Source: Candidatus Eiseniibacteriota bacterium
GTDB taxonomy: Bacteria; Arandabacterota; Arandabacteria; Arandabacterales; Arandabacteraceae
DNA length: 51,639 nt
NCBI GenBank assembly: GCA_043810925.1
Contig: JBDRNT010000172.1
Location: forward strand, 1 to 51,639
Direction of reading: 5' to 3'
In this document: one piece after another, positions 16,382 to 25,757 of the stretch
Layout: each line of letters starts with the position of its first letter
Position numbering within the stretch: the first letter of the stretch is position 1
The notes under the pieces: model-generated
What the model was told of the DNA's origin: nothing
Database searches by the model: none
What the model saw: only the letters and a program-made list of their open reading frames with translations
Translations under genes and position numbers: made by a program

Positions 16382-18448
16382 ATGACAGGTAGTGAAAAGA
16401 CTCCAAGGGAAGGGACGTCCAGAGAGTGGACGCCATCCTTTGAGGAGAGGGGGAAGAAGATTCCCTGGAATGCGAAGATCAAGCCCATTGCGAGGGAGGA
16501 CGAGGACGACGTCGAGATACCGCAGGACATCCTCGACATGTACGAGGAGTCCTTCAAGGAGTTGCGCGAAGGCGAGACAATCAAAGGACGCATTGTAAAG
16601 GTTGCCGCGGCCGAGGTCCTCGTTGATGTGGGGTTTAAATCCGAAGGTATCATCCCGCTCAGTGAATTCGGCGAGAGCCCGACAATTCGAGTCGGAGATC
16701 AGGTTGATGTCTATCTTGAGAAAATGGAAAATCAGGATGGGCTTGTTGTCCTCTCAAAACAGAGAGCCGATTTCCTGCGTGTCTGGGGAACGATCAAGGA
16801 TGCCTATGACAACCAGAAAGTGGTCGAGGGCAAACTCCTGAAGCGGATTCAGGGTGGTGCCGTGGTTGACCTCTTCGGGGTTGAGGCCTTCTTGCCCGGA
16901 TCGCAGGTGGGCATCCGTCACATCCAGAACCTCACTGAGTTGATAGGCGCGATCATCAGTGTAAAGGTGATCAAGCTCAACAAGCGAAGACGCAACGTTG
17001 TTGTATCACGACGGATGGTGCTTGAGGAGGAACGTGAACGGCAGAAGAACGCCCTGCTTGCCGAACTGAAGAAGGGTGAGATACGTGAAGGTATCGTGAA
17101 GAACATAACCGACTTCGGCGCGTTCATAGATCTCGGCGGAATAGACGGTTTGCTGCACATCACCGATCTGGCATGGGGACGTGTAAGCCACCCGTCTGAG
17201 ATGCTTGCGATAGGGGATAAGACCAAGGTGATGGTTCTTGATTTCGAACTTGAGAGGGAGCGAATATCCCTGGGGCTTAAGCAACTCACACCTTACCCGT
17301 GGGAGGACATCGAGACAAAGTATCCGGTCGCCTCCAAGATCAGGGGTAAGGTTGTAAGCATAACCGACTACGGCGCCTTCATCGAACTCGAGAAGGGTGT
17401 CGAGGGACTGATACACAAGTCTGAAATGTCGTGGACCAAGCACGTCAAGCACCCCTCGAAGGTGGTGGCTATAGGGGACATGATAGAGGCCGTCGTGCTT
17501 AAGATCGACAAAGAGAACGAGAAGATTTCTCTCGGGCTCAAACAGGTGGAACCGGATCCCTGGGAGACACTCGAAGAGAGGTATCCCGAAGGAACAAGAG
17601 TGGTCGGAAAGGTCAGGAACCTCACCAATTTCGGTGCGTTTGTCGAAATTGAGGAGGGGATCGAGGGACTTGTCCATATATCCGACATGTCCTGGACGAA
17701 GAGAATCCGACATCCCAGTGAGATCGTCAAGAAAGGTGACAAGGTCGATGTAGTGATCCTCAGCATCAACAAGGAGAGCAGGAAGATCTCGCTGGGGCTT
17801 AAGCAGATTGATGCGAACCCGTGGGAGAGTCTGCTTGAGAAGTACGGAGTGGGTGCTATGGCGAAAGGTAAGATCGTCAAGACCCAGGACCGTGGCGTGA
17901 TCGTTGAGCTGGAGGAGGACGTCGAGGGCTTTGTTCCCCTTTCACATCTCGGCCCGGACAACATCAAGAAACCGTCGGACATATTCGACGTCGGCGATGA
18001 GATACCGCTCAAGGTCATACGGATCGATCCTGATGCCCGCAAGATCCTGCTCAGCGTTAAGGATTACCTCGCTGATCAGGACAGAGACGAGGTCGATGAG
18101 TACATGCGCAAGTACGGTCCGCGGAAACTGACCGTCGGTGACGTTGTGACCGCAGCAGCCGTGGGACAGGTTGAAGGGGCAGTCGAGGAACAGGTTGAGG
18201 CCGAAGCGGATGATTATGACTTTGACGATGAGAGCGAAGTGGCCGATGAAGTCACAACCGAACCTTCCGGGCATGAGGCCCGGAGCGAAGTGTCTGAGGA
18301 GGCCCGGAGCGAAGTGTCCGAGGAGGCCGGGAGCGAAGTCTCCGAGGAGGCCGAACCCGAGTCCGTGGAGTCTGATGCTGATACAGAGGAGACTCTCTCA
18401 GAGCGGGAAACCGGTGGGGACACAGATCCGGAGACTCCAAAGGAGTGA
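16382..18448 (+). CDS. rpsA: 30S ribosomal protein S1 with a long acidic tail
   Basis: Repeated S1 domains (DFGAFIDLGGIDGLLHI, DYGAFIEL..GVEGLIH, NFGAFVEI..GIEGLVHI) in cmk-ispH context. Confidence 0.98.
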   Translation: MTGSEKTPREGTSREWTPSFEERGKKIPWNAKIKPIAREDEDDVEIPQDILDMYEESFKELREGETIKGRIVKVAAAEVLVDVGFKSEGIIPLSEFGESPTIRVGDQVDVYLEKMENQDGLVVLSKQRADFLRVWGTIKDAYDNQKVVEGKLLKRIQGGAVVDLFGVEAFLPGSQVGIRHIQNLTELIGAIISVKVIKLNKRRRNVVVSRRMVLEEERERQKNALLAELKKGEIREGIVKNITDFGAFIDLGGIDGLLHITDLAWGRVSHPSEMLAIGDKTKVMVLDFELERERISLGLKQLTPYPWEDIETKYPVASKIRGKVVSITDYGAFIELEKGVEGLIHKSEMSWTKHVKHPSKVVAIGDMIEAVVLKIDKENEKISLGLKQVEPDPWETLEERYPEGTRVVGKVRNLTNFGAFVEIEEGIEGLVHISDMSWTKRIRHPSEIVKKGDKVDVVILSINKESRKISLGLKQIDANPWESLLEKYGVGAMAKGKIVKTQDRGVIVELEEDVEGFVPLSHLGPDNIKKPSDIFDVGDEIPLKVIRIDPDARKILLSVKDYLADQDRDEVDEYMRKYGPRKLTVGDVVTAAAVGQVEGAVEEQVEAEADDYDFDDESEVADEVTTEPSGHEARSEVSEEARSEVSEEAGSEVSEEAEPESVESDADTEETLSERETGGDTDPETPKE
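18275..18346 (+). repeat. Three 24-bp tandem repeats in the rpsA tail (EA[R/G]SEVSE)
   Basis: Units start at 18275, 18299 and 18323. Confidence 0.9.
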
Positions 18449-18539
18449 CACGGGAGATTTCGCTTGACAGTTGCCGACTCTTACGGTAATCATTTAAGAA
18501 ATGGGTATAATTAATTGATGAAACAGAAGTTAGACGTGT

Positions 18540-18616
18540 GGGCGATTAGCTCAGCTGGTGAGAGTGCCTGCTCGACAAGCAGGAAGTCACTGGTTCAAGT
18601 CCAGTATCGCCCACCA
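18540..18616 (+). tRNA. tRNA-Val(GAC)
   Basis: Cloverleaf with GGGCGAT/ATCGCCC acceptor stem, CCTGC/GCAGG anticodon stem around loop TC-GAC-AA, ACTGG-TTCAAGT-CCAGT T-arm and encoded CCA. Confidence 0.95.
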
Positions 18617-18641
18617 TTTCTGTATCATGCGGCAGATAGAG

Positions 18642-20576
18642 ATGCCTGAACGCGAAAGTGCTGATAGATCATATTTGATGGCTGATCTCAAGGCAGGGAC
18701 CAACCTCGTCGAGGTTGCAGACTCCATGGGTGGCCGTGGGGATAAGACCATCATCGCGGCCCGTATCGGTGAGTCCATCGTGGGCCTTGCCACTGTCCTC
18801 ACCGAGGATTCAAGCGTGGAGTTTCTGACCTTCGATTCACCCGAGGCCAGAGACATTTACCGGCATACGGCATCGCATGTGATGGCGCAGGCCGTCAAGA
18901 CCCTGTATCCGGACGCAAAGCTCGGAATCGGACCGGCCATCGAATCGGGTTTCTACTACGACTTCGATGCCGGCGGCAAGCTGACGGATGAAGATCTGCC
19001 GAAGATAGAGAACATAATGAGGCAGATGGTGAAACAGGACTTCATCCTCGAACGCACGGAGATGCCGAGAGATGAGGCGGTTGCCGTGTTTTCCGAGGCG
19101 GGAGAGTCCTACAAGGTGGAGCTCCTCAAGGAGATGAAAGAAGCCACAGTCAGCATTTACCGGCAGGGTGGTTTTGCCGATCTGTGTCGCGGACCTCATC
19201 TGCCCTCGACGGGTCGCCTGAAGGCCTTCAAGCTCACAAGTCTTGCCGGAGCGTACTGGCACGGGGACGAGACCAAGCCGATGCTTCAGAGGATTTACGG
19301 TACTGCGTTTGACGATGATGCCGATCTCAAGCAGTACCTCGACAGACTTGAAGAGGCGAAGGCCAGGGATCACAGACGACTCGGGACGGATCTTGATCTG
19401 TTTTCGATTCACGAGGAAGCAGGCGCCGGGCTTGCCTATTGGCATCCGAAGGGATCTGTCATACGGCGGACGGTCGAGGATTTCTGGATGCGCGAACACG
19501 AAAAGCGAGGTTACAGCCTTGTTTACACACCGCACATAGCCAGAGCGAGAATGTGGGAGGCTTCCGGTCATCTTGAGTACTACAAGGAGAACATGTATGT
19601 CTTCGATGTTGACAACGAGCAATACGTACTCAAGCCGATGAACTGTGTCGGCCATATCCTGATCTACAAATCGAGGAAAAGGAGCTACAGGGACCTGCCC
19701 ATAAGGATGGCAGAGCTTGGAACCGTGCACAGGAAAGAACGATCGGGCACGCTGCATGGTCTTATGCGTGTGAGGGGATTCACGCAGGATGACGCACACA
19801 TATTCTGTACGAGAGATCAGATCGTAGATGAGGTCGTCGGTGTGATCGAGCTTGCCCAGTACATGCTCTCGACCTTTGGCTTCAAGGAATACCAGGTGGA
19901 CCTCAGTGTGCGGGATCCCGAGAAGCCGGGGGATTACGCCGGGGCTGATGATGAATGGGCCGATGCGGAGGGAGCCCTGGCCGAGGCCCTCAGGCGCAAA
20001 GAGATACCGTTTACCCGCAAGGAGGGTGAAGCGGTCTTCTACGGTCCCAAGATCGACATCAAACTGCTTGATGCTCTCGGCAGAGGCTGGCAAGGGCCGA
20101 CCATCCAGTTCGACTTCAATCTGCCCGGCCGTCTTGGTGTCGAGTACGTGGGTCAGGACGGCCATGCGCACAACGTCGTGATGATCCACCGGACGGTCCT
20201 TGGGGCAATGGGACGTTTCGTAGCCACCGTGCTGGAGCATTATGCAGGCGCACTTCCCGTGTGGCTTGCACCCGTCCAGGCATCGGTGCTTCCGGTGCTG
20301 GAGAAGAACGAAGACTATGCAGCCGGAGTGCTCAGCCGGCTTATGGAAAGCGGAGTACGGGCTGAGCTCGTGGGTTCACAACAGAAACTGGGTTACCGGA
20401 TCAGGAGCAAAACATTGGAGAAAGTGCCCTACATTCTCGTGGTGGGCGACAAGGAAGCAGAGAGCGGCGGTGTCGCGGTCAGAAAACGGAAGGTGGGTGA
20501 CCAGGGCATCGTGCCTCTTGATGAGTTCGTGGACAGGATACGGGGTGAAATAGACTTGAGGTCGATTGAAGATTAG
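18642..20576 (+). CDS. thrS: Threonine--tRNA ligase
   Basis: RHTASHVMAQAV, DLCRGPH, RDHRRLG, KPMNC, RVRGFTQDDAH and FYGPKID motifs. The ORF-track start lies inside the tRNA, so the start was moved downstream (approximate). Confidence 0.98.
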   Translation: MPERESADRSYLMADLKAGTNLVEVADSMGGRGDKTIIAARIGESIVGLATVLTEDSSVEFLTFDSPEARDIYRHTASHVMAQAVKTLYPDAKLGIGPAIESGFYYDFDAGGKLTDEDLPKIENIMRQMVKQDFILERTEMPRDEAVAVFSEAGESYKVELLKEMKEATVSIYRQGGFADLCRGPHLPSTGRLKAFKLTSLAGAYWHGDETKPMLQRIYGTAFDDDADLKQYLDRLEEAKARDHRRLGTDLDLFSIHEEAGAGLAYWHPKGSVIRRTVEDFWMREHEKRGYSLVYTPHIARARMWEASGHLEYYKENMYVFDVDNEQYVLKPMNCVGHILIYKSRKRSYRDLPIRMAELGTVHRKERSGTLHGLMRVRGFTQDDAHIFCTRDQIVDEVVGVIELAQYMLSTFGFKEYQVDLSVRDPEKPGDYAGADDEWADAEGALAEALRRKEIPFTRKEGEAVFYGPKIDIKLLDALGRGWQGPTIQFDFNLPGRLGVEYVGQDGHAHNVVMIHRTVLGAMGRFVATVLEHYAGALPVWLAPVQASVLPVLEKNEDYAAGVLSRLMESGVRAELVGSQQKLGYRIRSKTLEKVPYILVVGDKEAESGGVAVRKRKVGDQGIVPLDEFVDRIRGEIDLRSIED

Positions 20577-20588
20577 GGGGTGACTAAG

Positions 20589-21209
20589 ATCGCAAAGGGA
20601 TTGAAGACAATCAGGATCAACGACAGAATAAGGGTTCCCCAAATCCGTTTGATTGATGAAGAGGGCAACATGCTGGGTGTAACCGAAACAAGGGAAGCCC
20701 TTCAGATGGCGCAGGAAAGAGGGTTTGATCTAGTGGAGGTCTCTCCCGGAGCCGTGCCGCCGGTCTGCCGTATAATGGACTACGGCAAGTACAAGTATGA
20801 GCAGAGCAAGAAGGCGAAGAAGGCGAAGAAGAAGCAGCACGTCATGCATGTCAAGGAAATCAAAATGCGGCCCAAGATCGAAACACACGACTACGGATTC
20901 AAAATGAACCACGCCCGCAGGTTCCTTGAGGAAAACAACAAGGTGAAGTTTTCCTTGATTTTCAGGGGCAGGGAGGTTACTCATCCCGATATAGGTTTGA
21001 GGATTCTGAAGAGGGTGGCGGAAGAACTTGCAGAGATCGCCACAGTCGAAGCGGGGCCGAAACGAGAGGGCATGACCATGATGATGGTGATCTGCCCCAA
21101 GCCCAGCGCAATAAAAGAACCGGATAAGAAGGAGAGGGTGACGGAGGAACGCGATGCCACGTACGAAAACAGCGGTGAAATCGAGGAGACGACGCAAGAA
21201 AGTACTTAA
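20589..21209 (+). CDS. infC: Translation initiation factor IF-3
   Basis: [28 protein letters not shown] and FRGRE motifs. Probable ATC start 6 nt after AGGGGGTG. Confidence 0.97.
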   Translation: MAKGLKTIRINDRIRVPQIRLIDEEGNMLGVTETREALQMAQERGFDLVEVSPGAVPPVCRIMDYGKYKYEQSKKAKKAKKKQHVMHVKEIKMRPKIETHDYGFKMNHARRFLEENNKVKFSLIFRGREVTHPDIGLRILKRVAEELAEIATVEAGPKREGMTMMMVICPKPSAIKEPDKKERVTEERDATYENSGEIEETTQEST

Positions 21210-21528
21210 GGCCGCAAGGGGCTTTGTGGGTTCCAAACACAGGCTCTATCGTACGGCCTTGGAGAGTGTTAGAAGAGCACTTGTATATGCTTATCGCGAC
21301 AGACGGGCCAAGAAGCGTGACATGCGGTCACTCTGGATTGTCAGGATCAATGCCGCGGCGAGGATGCAGGGCATCGGCTACGGGAGGCTGATAGACGGGC
21401 TTGATAAGGCCGGGGTAGCCATCGATAGAAAGATTCTCGCCGATCTCGCTGTAACCGACGAGGCCGCATTCATAGAGATCGTCGGCAAGGCCAAGCAGGC
21501 CTTGGAGAAGGCGTATGGATCTGCGTGA
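21154..21528 (+). CDS. rplT: 50S ribosomal protein L20
   Basis: MPR..., [24 protein letters not shown] and [10 protein letters not shown] motifs. Confidence 0.97.
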   Translation: MPRTKTAVKSRRRRKKVLKAARGFVGSKHRLYRTALESVRRALVYAYRDRRAKKRDMRSLWIVRINAAARMQGIGYGRLIDGLDKAGVAIDRKILADLAVTDEAAFIEIVGKAKQALEKAYGSA

Positions 21529-22540
21529 TGAAGCAAGGAAAGCACAACAGACTGCACGCGACGAAATACTCTCCTCGAAGAGCCTTGATGACCTGAGGTC
21601 ACTGCGCACAAAACATCTGGGCAGGAAAGGGATCCTGACGCTCCTCCTGAGGAAGCTGGGTCAGGCTGCTCCCGAAGAACGCAAGGAGCTCGGCGGGCTT
21701 CTTAACGAGGCCAAGGAAGAGTTACAGGGTCTGGTCGATTCGCGCACCGATGAGCTCAAGCAGGCGACCTATGCCTCGGATCTTACCGAAGAGTCTCTCG
21801 ATGTGACCCTGCCGGGGAGGAAGTTTAGAACGGGGCGTCGCAATCTTGCTGTCGAGATGATGAATGAGATAGTAGGCGTCTTCGTCGGGATGGGGTTCAC
21901 GTCGGTCGAGGGGCCCGAGATTGAAACCGAATACAACAACTTCGACGCTCTCAACTTTCCTGCGTGGCACCCCTCACGAGACGACCATGATTCCTTCTAC
22001 GTCGGTGACGGACACGTTCTGAGGACGCATACTTCGCCTGCGCAGATACGTGTCATGAAGTCTCAGTCCCCGCCTGTACGGGTGGTTGTGCCCGGCAGGT
22101 GCCACAGGCGAGATACACCGGATGCCTCTCATCTGATGAGTTTCTTGCAGATAGAGGGGTTGTATGTTGATCATGATGTAAGCATGGCTGATCTGAAGGG
22201 CACACTCGCGGCCTTCGCCAGGGAGATATTCGGCGAGGAGACCAAGGTCAGATTCAGGCCGCACTTCTTCCCGTTCACCGAGCCAAGCGCCGAACTGGAC
22301 ATTTCCTGTCTGGTTTGCGGCGGCAAGGGATGCAGACTCTGTAAACAGTCGGGTTGGCTCGAGGTACTGGGTTGTGGAATGGTCCATCCCAACGTCTACA
22401 AGCATGTCGGCTACGACTCGCTGGGCGTAACTGGCTATGCCTTCGGGATGGGGGTGGAGAGGGTGGCCATGCTCAAGTACGGCATAGGCGACATAAGAAT
22501 GCTTTACGATAACGACTTGCGTTTCCTGAGTCAGTTCTAG
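21515..22540 (+). CDS. pheS: Phenylalanine--tRNA ligase alpha subunit
   Basis: [22 protein letters not shown] and AFGMGVER motifs. Confidence 0.98.
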   Translation: MDLRDEARKAQQTARDEILSSKSLDDLRSLRTKHLGRKGILTLLLRKLGQAAPEERKELGGLLNEAKEELQGLVDSRTDELKQATYASDLTEESLDVTLPGRKFRTGRRNLAVEMMNEIVGVFVGMGFTSVEGPEIETEYNNFDALNFPAWHPSRDDHDSFYVGDGHVLRTHTSPAQIRVMKSQSPPVRVVVPGRCHRRDTPDASHLMSFLQIEGLYVDHDVSMADLKGTLAAFAREIFGEETKVRFRPHFFPFTEPSAELDISCLVCGGKGCRLCKQSGWLEVLGCGMVHPNVYKHVGYDSLGVTGYAFGMGVERVAMLKYGIGDIRMLYDNDLRFLSQF

Positions 22541-22549
22541 GAGCAGGTG

Positions 22550-24949
22550 ATGAGACTCCCTTACGGGTGGTTGCAGGAATTCGTTAAGCTGGATGTCACA
22601 CCGGAGGAGGTCTGCGCCTATCTGATAATGCTTGGATTCGCCGACGCCGAGGTGATTGCCAACGAGTGGGATTGCCTGGATAACTTCATCGTCGGCCGCG
22701 CCACCAAGGTCGGCAAGCATCCGGATCAGCCGCACCTTAAGATCGTCGAAGTCAATGTTGGCTACACGAGTCTCACATCGGTCTGCGGGGCACCGAACGT
22801 CGATGAGGGTGTGCTCTATGCCATCGCAATGCCCGGGGCCAGGCTGGGAAGCGGACGAACGGTGGATGCGGCTCCGATTGCCGGGGTCAACTCCGAATGT
22901 GTTCTCTGTTCAGGCTGGGAGGCTTGGCTGGATGATTCAAAGGATGAGCTTCTCGCGATTGATTCCGAGGTCGCACCCGGTATCAAACTGATCGAGGCGC
23001 TCGGGCTTGACGAACCGGTGATCGAGCTGGAGGTAACGCCCAACCGGAGCGACTGCCTGGGGTTGATTGGAATCGCCCGTGAGCTGGCTGCGGTCTTCGG
23101 TAAGGAGCTGATCATCCCGGAACCGGGTCTATCCGAGGATGGAAGCCCTATAGCAGACCTGGCCACGGTTGAGGTTGTTGACACCGAGGCTTGCCCACGA
23201 TACGGGGCGATTGCCCTTGAGGATGTCGAGGTCAGAGGATCGAGTGCTGAGGTGAGGGCCCGACTCCGGCTTGCCGGGTTGCGTCCTATCAGCAACGTCG
23301 TCGACACCACAAACATGGTTCTGTTCGAAACGGGACATCCTCTGCATGCCTTCGACCTGGACAAACTGGCCGGGGCCGGGATAGTCGTCAGGCGTGCCGG
23401 GAGCGGGGAGAAGATCGTTGCGCTTGACGCAAACGAGTACGAACTCTCTCCGGATGACCTTGTGATTGCAGACAAAGAGAAACCGATTGCGATAGCGGGT
23501 GTGATAGGGGGCCGGAACTCCGAGGTCGGCGCTCTGACAAAAAGGGTGCTGATTGAGGGTGCCTTCTTTGATCCGCCCTCTATCTGGAAAACCTCAAAGA
23601 GGCTGGGTATTCAAACAGAGGCGTCGTACCGCTTTGCCAGAACCGTAGATATCGGGGCGGTTCTGTACGTGCTGGCACGGACCGCCGCCCTGATCCAGCA
23701 GAATACTAAGTGTCACGTGTCCCGCGGGATGATTGACGTCTATCCGGAACCGGTAGCCCCCAGGCATCTATTTGTCAATCCCAAGAGGATCAACCGGCTC
23801 CTCGGGACATCGGTCCCGGAGCAGGAGATATGTGACTATCTCGAGCGGCTTGGTTTCCTCGTCTCGCCCGGGAAGGACCTCGAGGTGGTTGTTCCCACAC
23901 GTAGATGCGATGTGGAGTTCGAAGCCGATATCGCCGAGGAGGTCGCAAGACTCTACGGATATGACCGGATCGAAGGGACCACTACCACGACATGCCAGAC
24001 TTACGGCAAACTGCCGCTGGAAGCCCAGATTGCCGGTCTTGCGAGGAATACCCTCACGGGTATGGGGCTCACCGAGATTGTCTCGGACGCTATGGCGGGC
24101 CCCGCTAGCATGGACCTCTATAACATCCCGGCGGAGACCCTGGTCGAGATCAGGAACCCGGTGGGCATACAGAACTCGATCCTAAGAGGCAGTCTTGTAC
24201 CGGGTATCGTCACCGCGCTTGTCAAGAACGAGCGGTTCGGGCAGGAGGTAGTAGCACTGTTTGAGCTGGGCAGGGTCTACTTCAAGAAGGGTGGGGAGTT
24301 CGGGGAAGCACTCAGACTCACAATCGGCCTTTCCGGTGCTACCCAACCGCGTGCCTGGTACGCCGAAGCAAGGGGATTTGACTTTTACGATCTCAAAGGG
24401 ATTCTTGAGGCACTTGCAGCATCCTTCGATCTGGAGTTGAGCTTCACGGATGGCGGTTACGACTTTTTACACCCCGGGCGACGTGCGGTAGTCAGCCTGA
24501 ACCAGGGTGATGCCGGTCTACCGATCGGTTCTATGGGCGAGCTCGCAGCGCCGGTGAGCGACGCTACGGGTGCCAGGAGGCTTATCTACGTTGCTGAGAT
24601 CGACTTCGAGCATCTGATCGCACCGGCCTCCAGGCCGCGCAAGTACCAGGATATTCAGAAGTACCCGGCGGTGAAGAGGGATATCGCGGTTATCGTTCCG
24701 CAAAGTGTTGTTGACTCGAAAATCAGGGCCGTTATACTGGCAGAAGGCGGGTCACTCGTGGAATCGGTTGAGACATTCGATATCTACGAGGGTGAACAGA
24801 TCCCCGAGGGAACAAAAAGCCTTGCATACGGGATAGTGTTCAGAAGCCCTGCAAGGACCCTCACTGAACAGGAAATTGACGGTTTACAGAAGAGGATGGA
24901 AGAACGTCTGTTTAGCGAATTTGGTGGAAAAATTAGAATGAAAGAGTGA
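22550..24949 (+). CDS. pheT: Phenylalanine--tRNA ligase beta subunit
   Basis: VCGAPNV, TPNRSDCL...GIARE, HAFDLDK, EEVARLYGY and YPAVKRDIA motifs; follows pheS. Confidence 0.97.
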   Translation: MRLPYGWLQEFVKLDVTPEEVCAYLIMLGFADAEVIANEWDCLDNFIVGRATKVGKHPDQPHLKIVEVNVGYTSLTSVCGAPNVDEGVLYAIAMPGARLGSGRTVDAAPIAGVNSECVLCSGWEAWLDDSKDELLAIDSEVAPGIKLIEALGLDEPVIELEVTPNRSDCLGLIGIARELAAVFGKELIIPEPGLSEDGSPIADLATVEVVDTEACPRYGAIALEDVEVRGSSAEVRARLRLAGLRPISNVVDTTNMVLFETGHPLHAFDLDKLAGAGIVVRRAGSGEKIVALDANEYELSPDDLVIADKEKPIAIAGVIGGRNSEVGALTKRVLIEGAFFDPPSIWKTSKRLGIQTEASYRFARTVDIGAVLYVLARTAALIQQNTKCHVSRGMIDVYPEPVAPRHLFVNPKRINRLLGTSVPEQEICDYLERLGFLVSPGKDLEVVVPTRRCDVEFEADIAEEVARLYGYDRIEGTTTTTCQTYGKLPLEAQIAGLARNTLTGMGLTEIVSDAMAGPASMDLYNIPAETLVEIRNPVGIQNSILRGSLVPGIVTALVKNERFGQEVVALFELGRVYFKKGGEFGEALRLTIGLSGATQPRAWYAEARGFDFYDLKGILEALAASFDLELSFTDGGYDFLHPGRRAVVSLNQGDAGLPIGSMGELAAPVSDATGARRLIYVAEIDFEHLIAPASRPRKYQDIQKYPAVKRDIAVIVPQSVVDSKIRAVILAEGGSLVESVETFDIYEGEQIPEGTKSLAYGIVFRSPARTLTEQEIDGLQKRMEERLFSEFGGKIRMKE

Positions 24950-24975
24950 TAAATCGATGAGATGGGGGTACCCTC

Positions 24976-25248
24976 ATGGATAAAGATGAGCTTGAGTTGC
25001 TTGCTGCTAAGGTCGAAAATGTAGTTGACGATCTGAAGGCGGTTAGAGATAGAAACATGGAGCTTTCATCAGAAAAGACGAAACTTGAGCAGAGGCTATC
25101 TGCGCTTGAGAAGCAGGTTTGCCAGGCTGATAAGGAGGGAGATCGGACAAAGGAGCTTATTGCTGAGAATAAAGCATATAAGAAGAGATGTGCTTTAATG
25201 AAGTCCAAAGTAACCTCTATGCTTGCAAAGGTGGAGGTTTTGCAGTAA
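24976..25248 (+). CDS. Coiled-coil protein, ZapB-like
   Basis: 90-aa heptad-rich protein between pheT and zapA. Confidence 0.7.
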   Translation: MDKDELELLAAKVENVVDDLKAVRDRNMELSSEKTKLEQRLSALEKQVCQADKEGDRTKELIAENKAYKKRCALMKSKVTSMLAKVEVLQ

Positions 25249-25326
25249 GAATAGAATGTGGGGTAGTGGAGGGGTCTATGAATCAGTTCGGATTGCAACA
25301 TAACCAGGTTTTCCGGAGGGCCTAGG

Positions 25327-25620
25327 GTGTCCGACGAAAAAGACAGCGTGACTGTCGAGATATTTGGACACGATTACAAGATAAAAGGTGAAGCGGATGT
25401 TGAGTACATGACAAAGCTTGCGCGTCATGTCGACCAGAGAATGAAAGAAGTTGCCAAAGGGACACCCGCAGTAGGCTCGCTCGCAAAGATCGGTATACTT
25501 GCAGCTTTGAATATCGCCGACGAGCTTTTCAGGGAACGCGATGAAAAGCGCAGGGTCATGGAAGACGTGGAAGCGACAACGCAGAGAATGCGGCGAAAAT
25601 TGGAGGAGATAGTCCCGTGA
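25327..25620 (+). CDS. zapA: Cell division protein ZapA
   Basis: VTVEIFGHDYKI, VDQRM and ILAALNIADELF motifs. Confidence 0.93.
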   Translation: MSDEKDSVTVEIFGHDYKIKGEADVEYMTKLARHVDQRMKEVAKGTPAVGSLAKIGILAALNIADELFRERDEKRRVMEDVEATTQRMRRKLEEIVP

Positions 25621-25750
25621 TTTTTCATGAGTTGACTGTGTGATATCTCCTCAGCATATCCGAACTGCTATCATTTAGGCTTTACCCATCCATCTAATCC
25701 CCCTAAGACGGCATAATTGCGGTCGCAGTCCGCTTTGTGAAACTGCGGGG
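25613..25750 (+). ncRNA. Putative compact 6S-like RNA (or structured rny leader)
   Basis: Sits between zapA and rny, where 6S RNA is often found. Its ends pair in an irregular closing stem (25613-19/25744-50, 25623-30/25735-42, 25634-40/25724-30). An inner stem (25666-79/25702-13) follows a central bubble. Confidence 0.45.
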
Positions 25751-25757
25751 GAGGTAC

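Noticed and set aside
18464..18519. Promoter and IHF-like site before tRNA-Val
   Set aside because: TTGACA and TATAAT are both present but not correctly spaced to each other. The TAAnnnnTTGAT match is short.
18558..18641. N-terminal extension of ThrS
   Set aside because: It reads through the tRNA-Val gene.
18837..20240. 467-aa minus-strand ORF (and similar long antisense ORFs such as 32348-33202 and 35982-37169)
   Set aside because: These are antisense shadows of well-supported genes in GC-rich DNA and carry no motifs.
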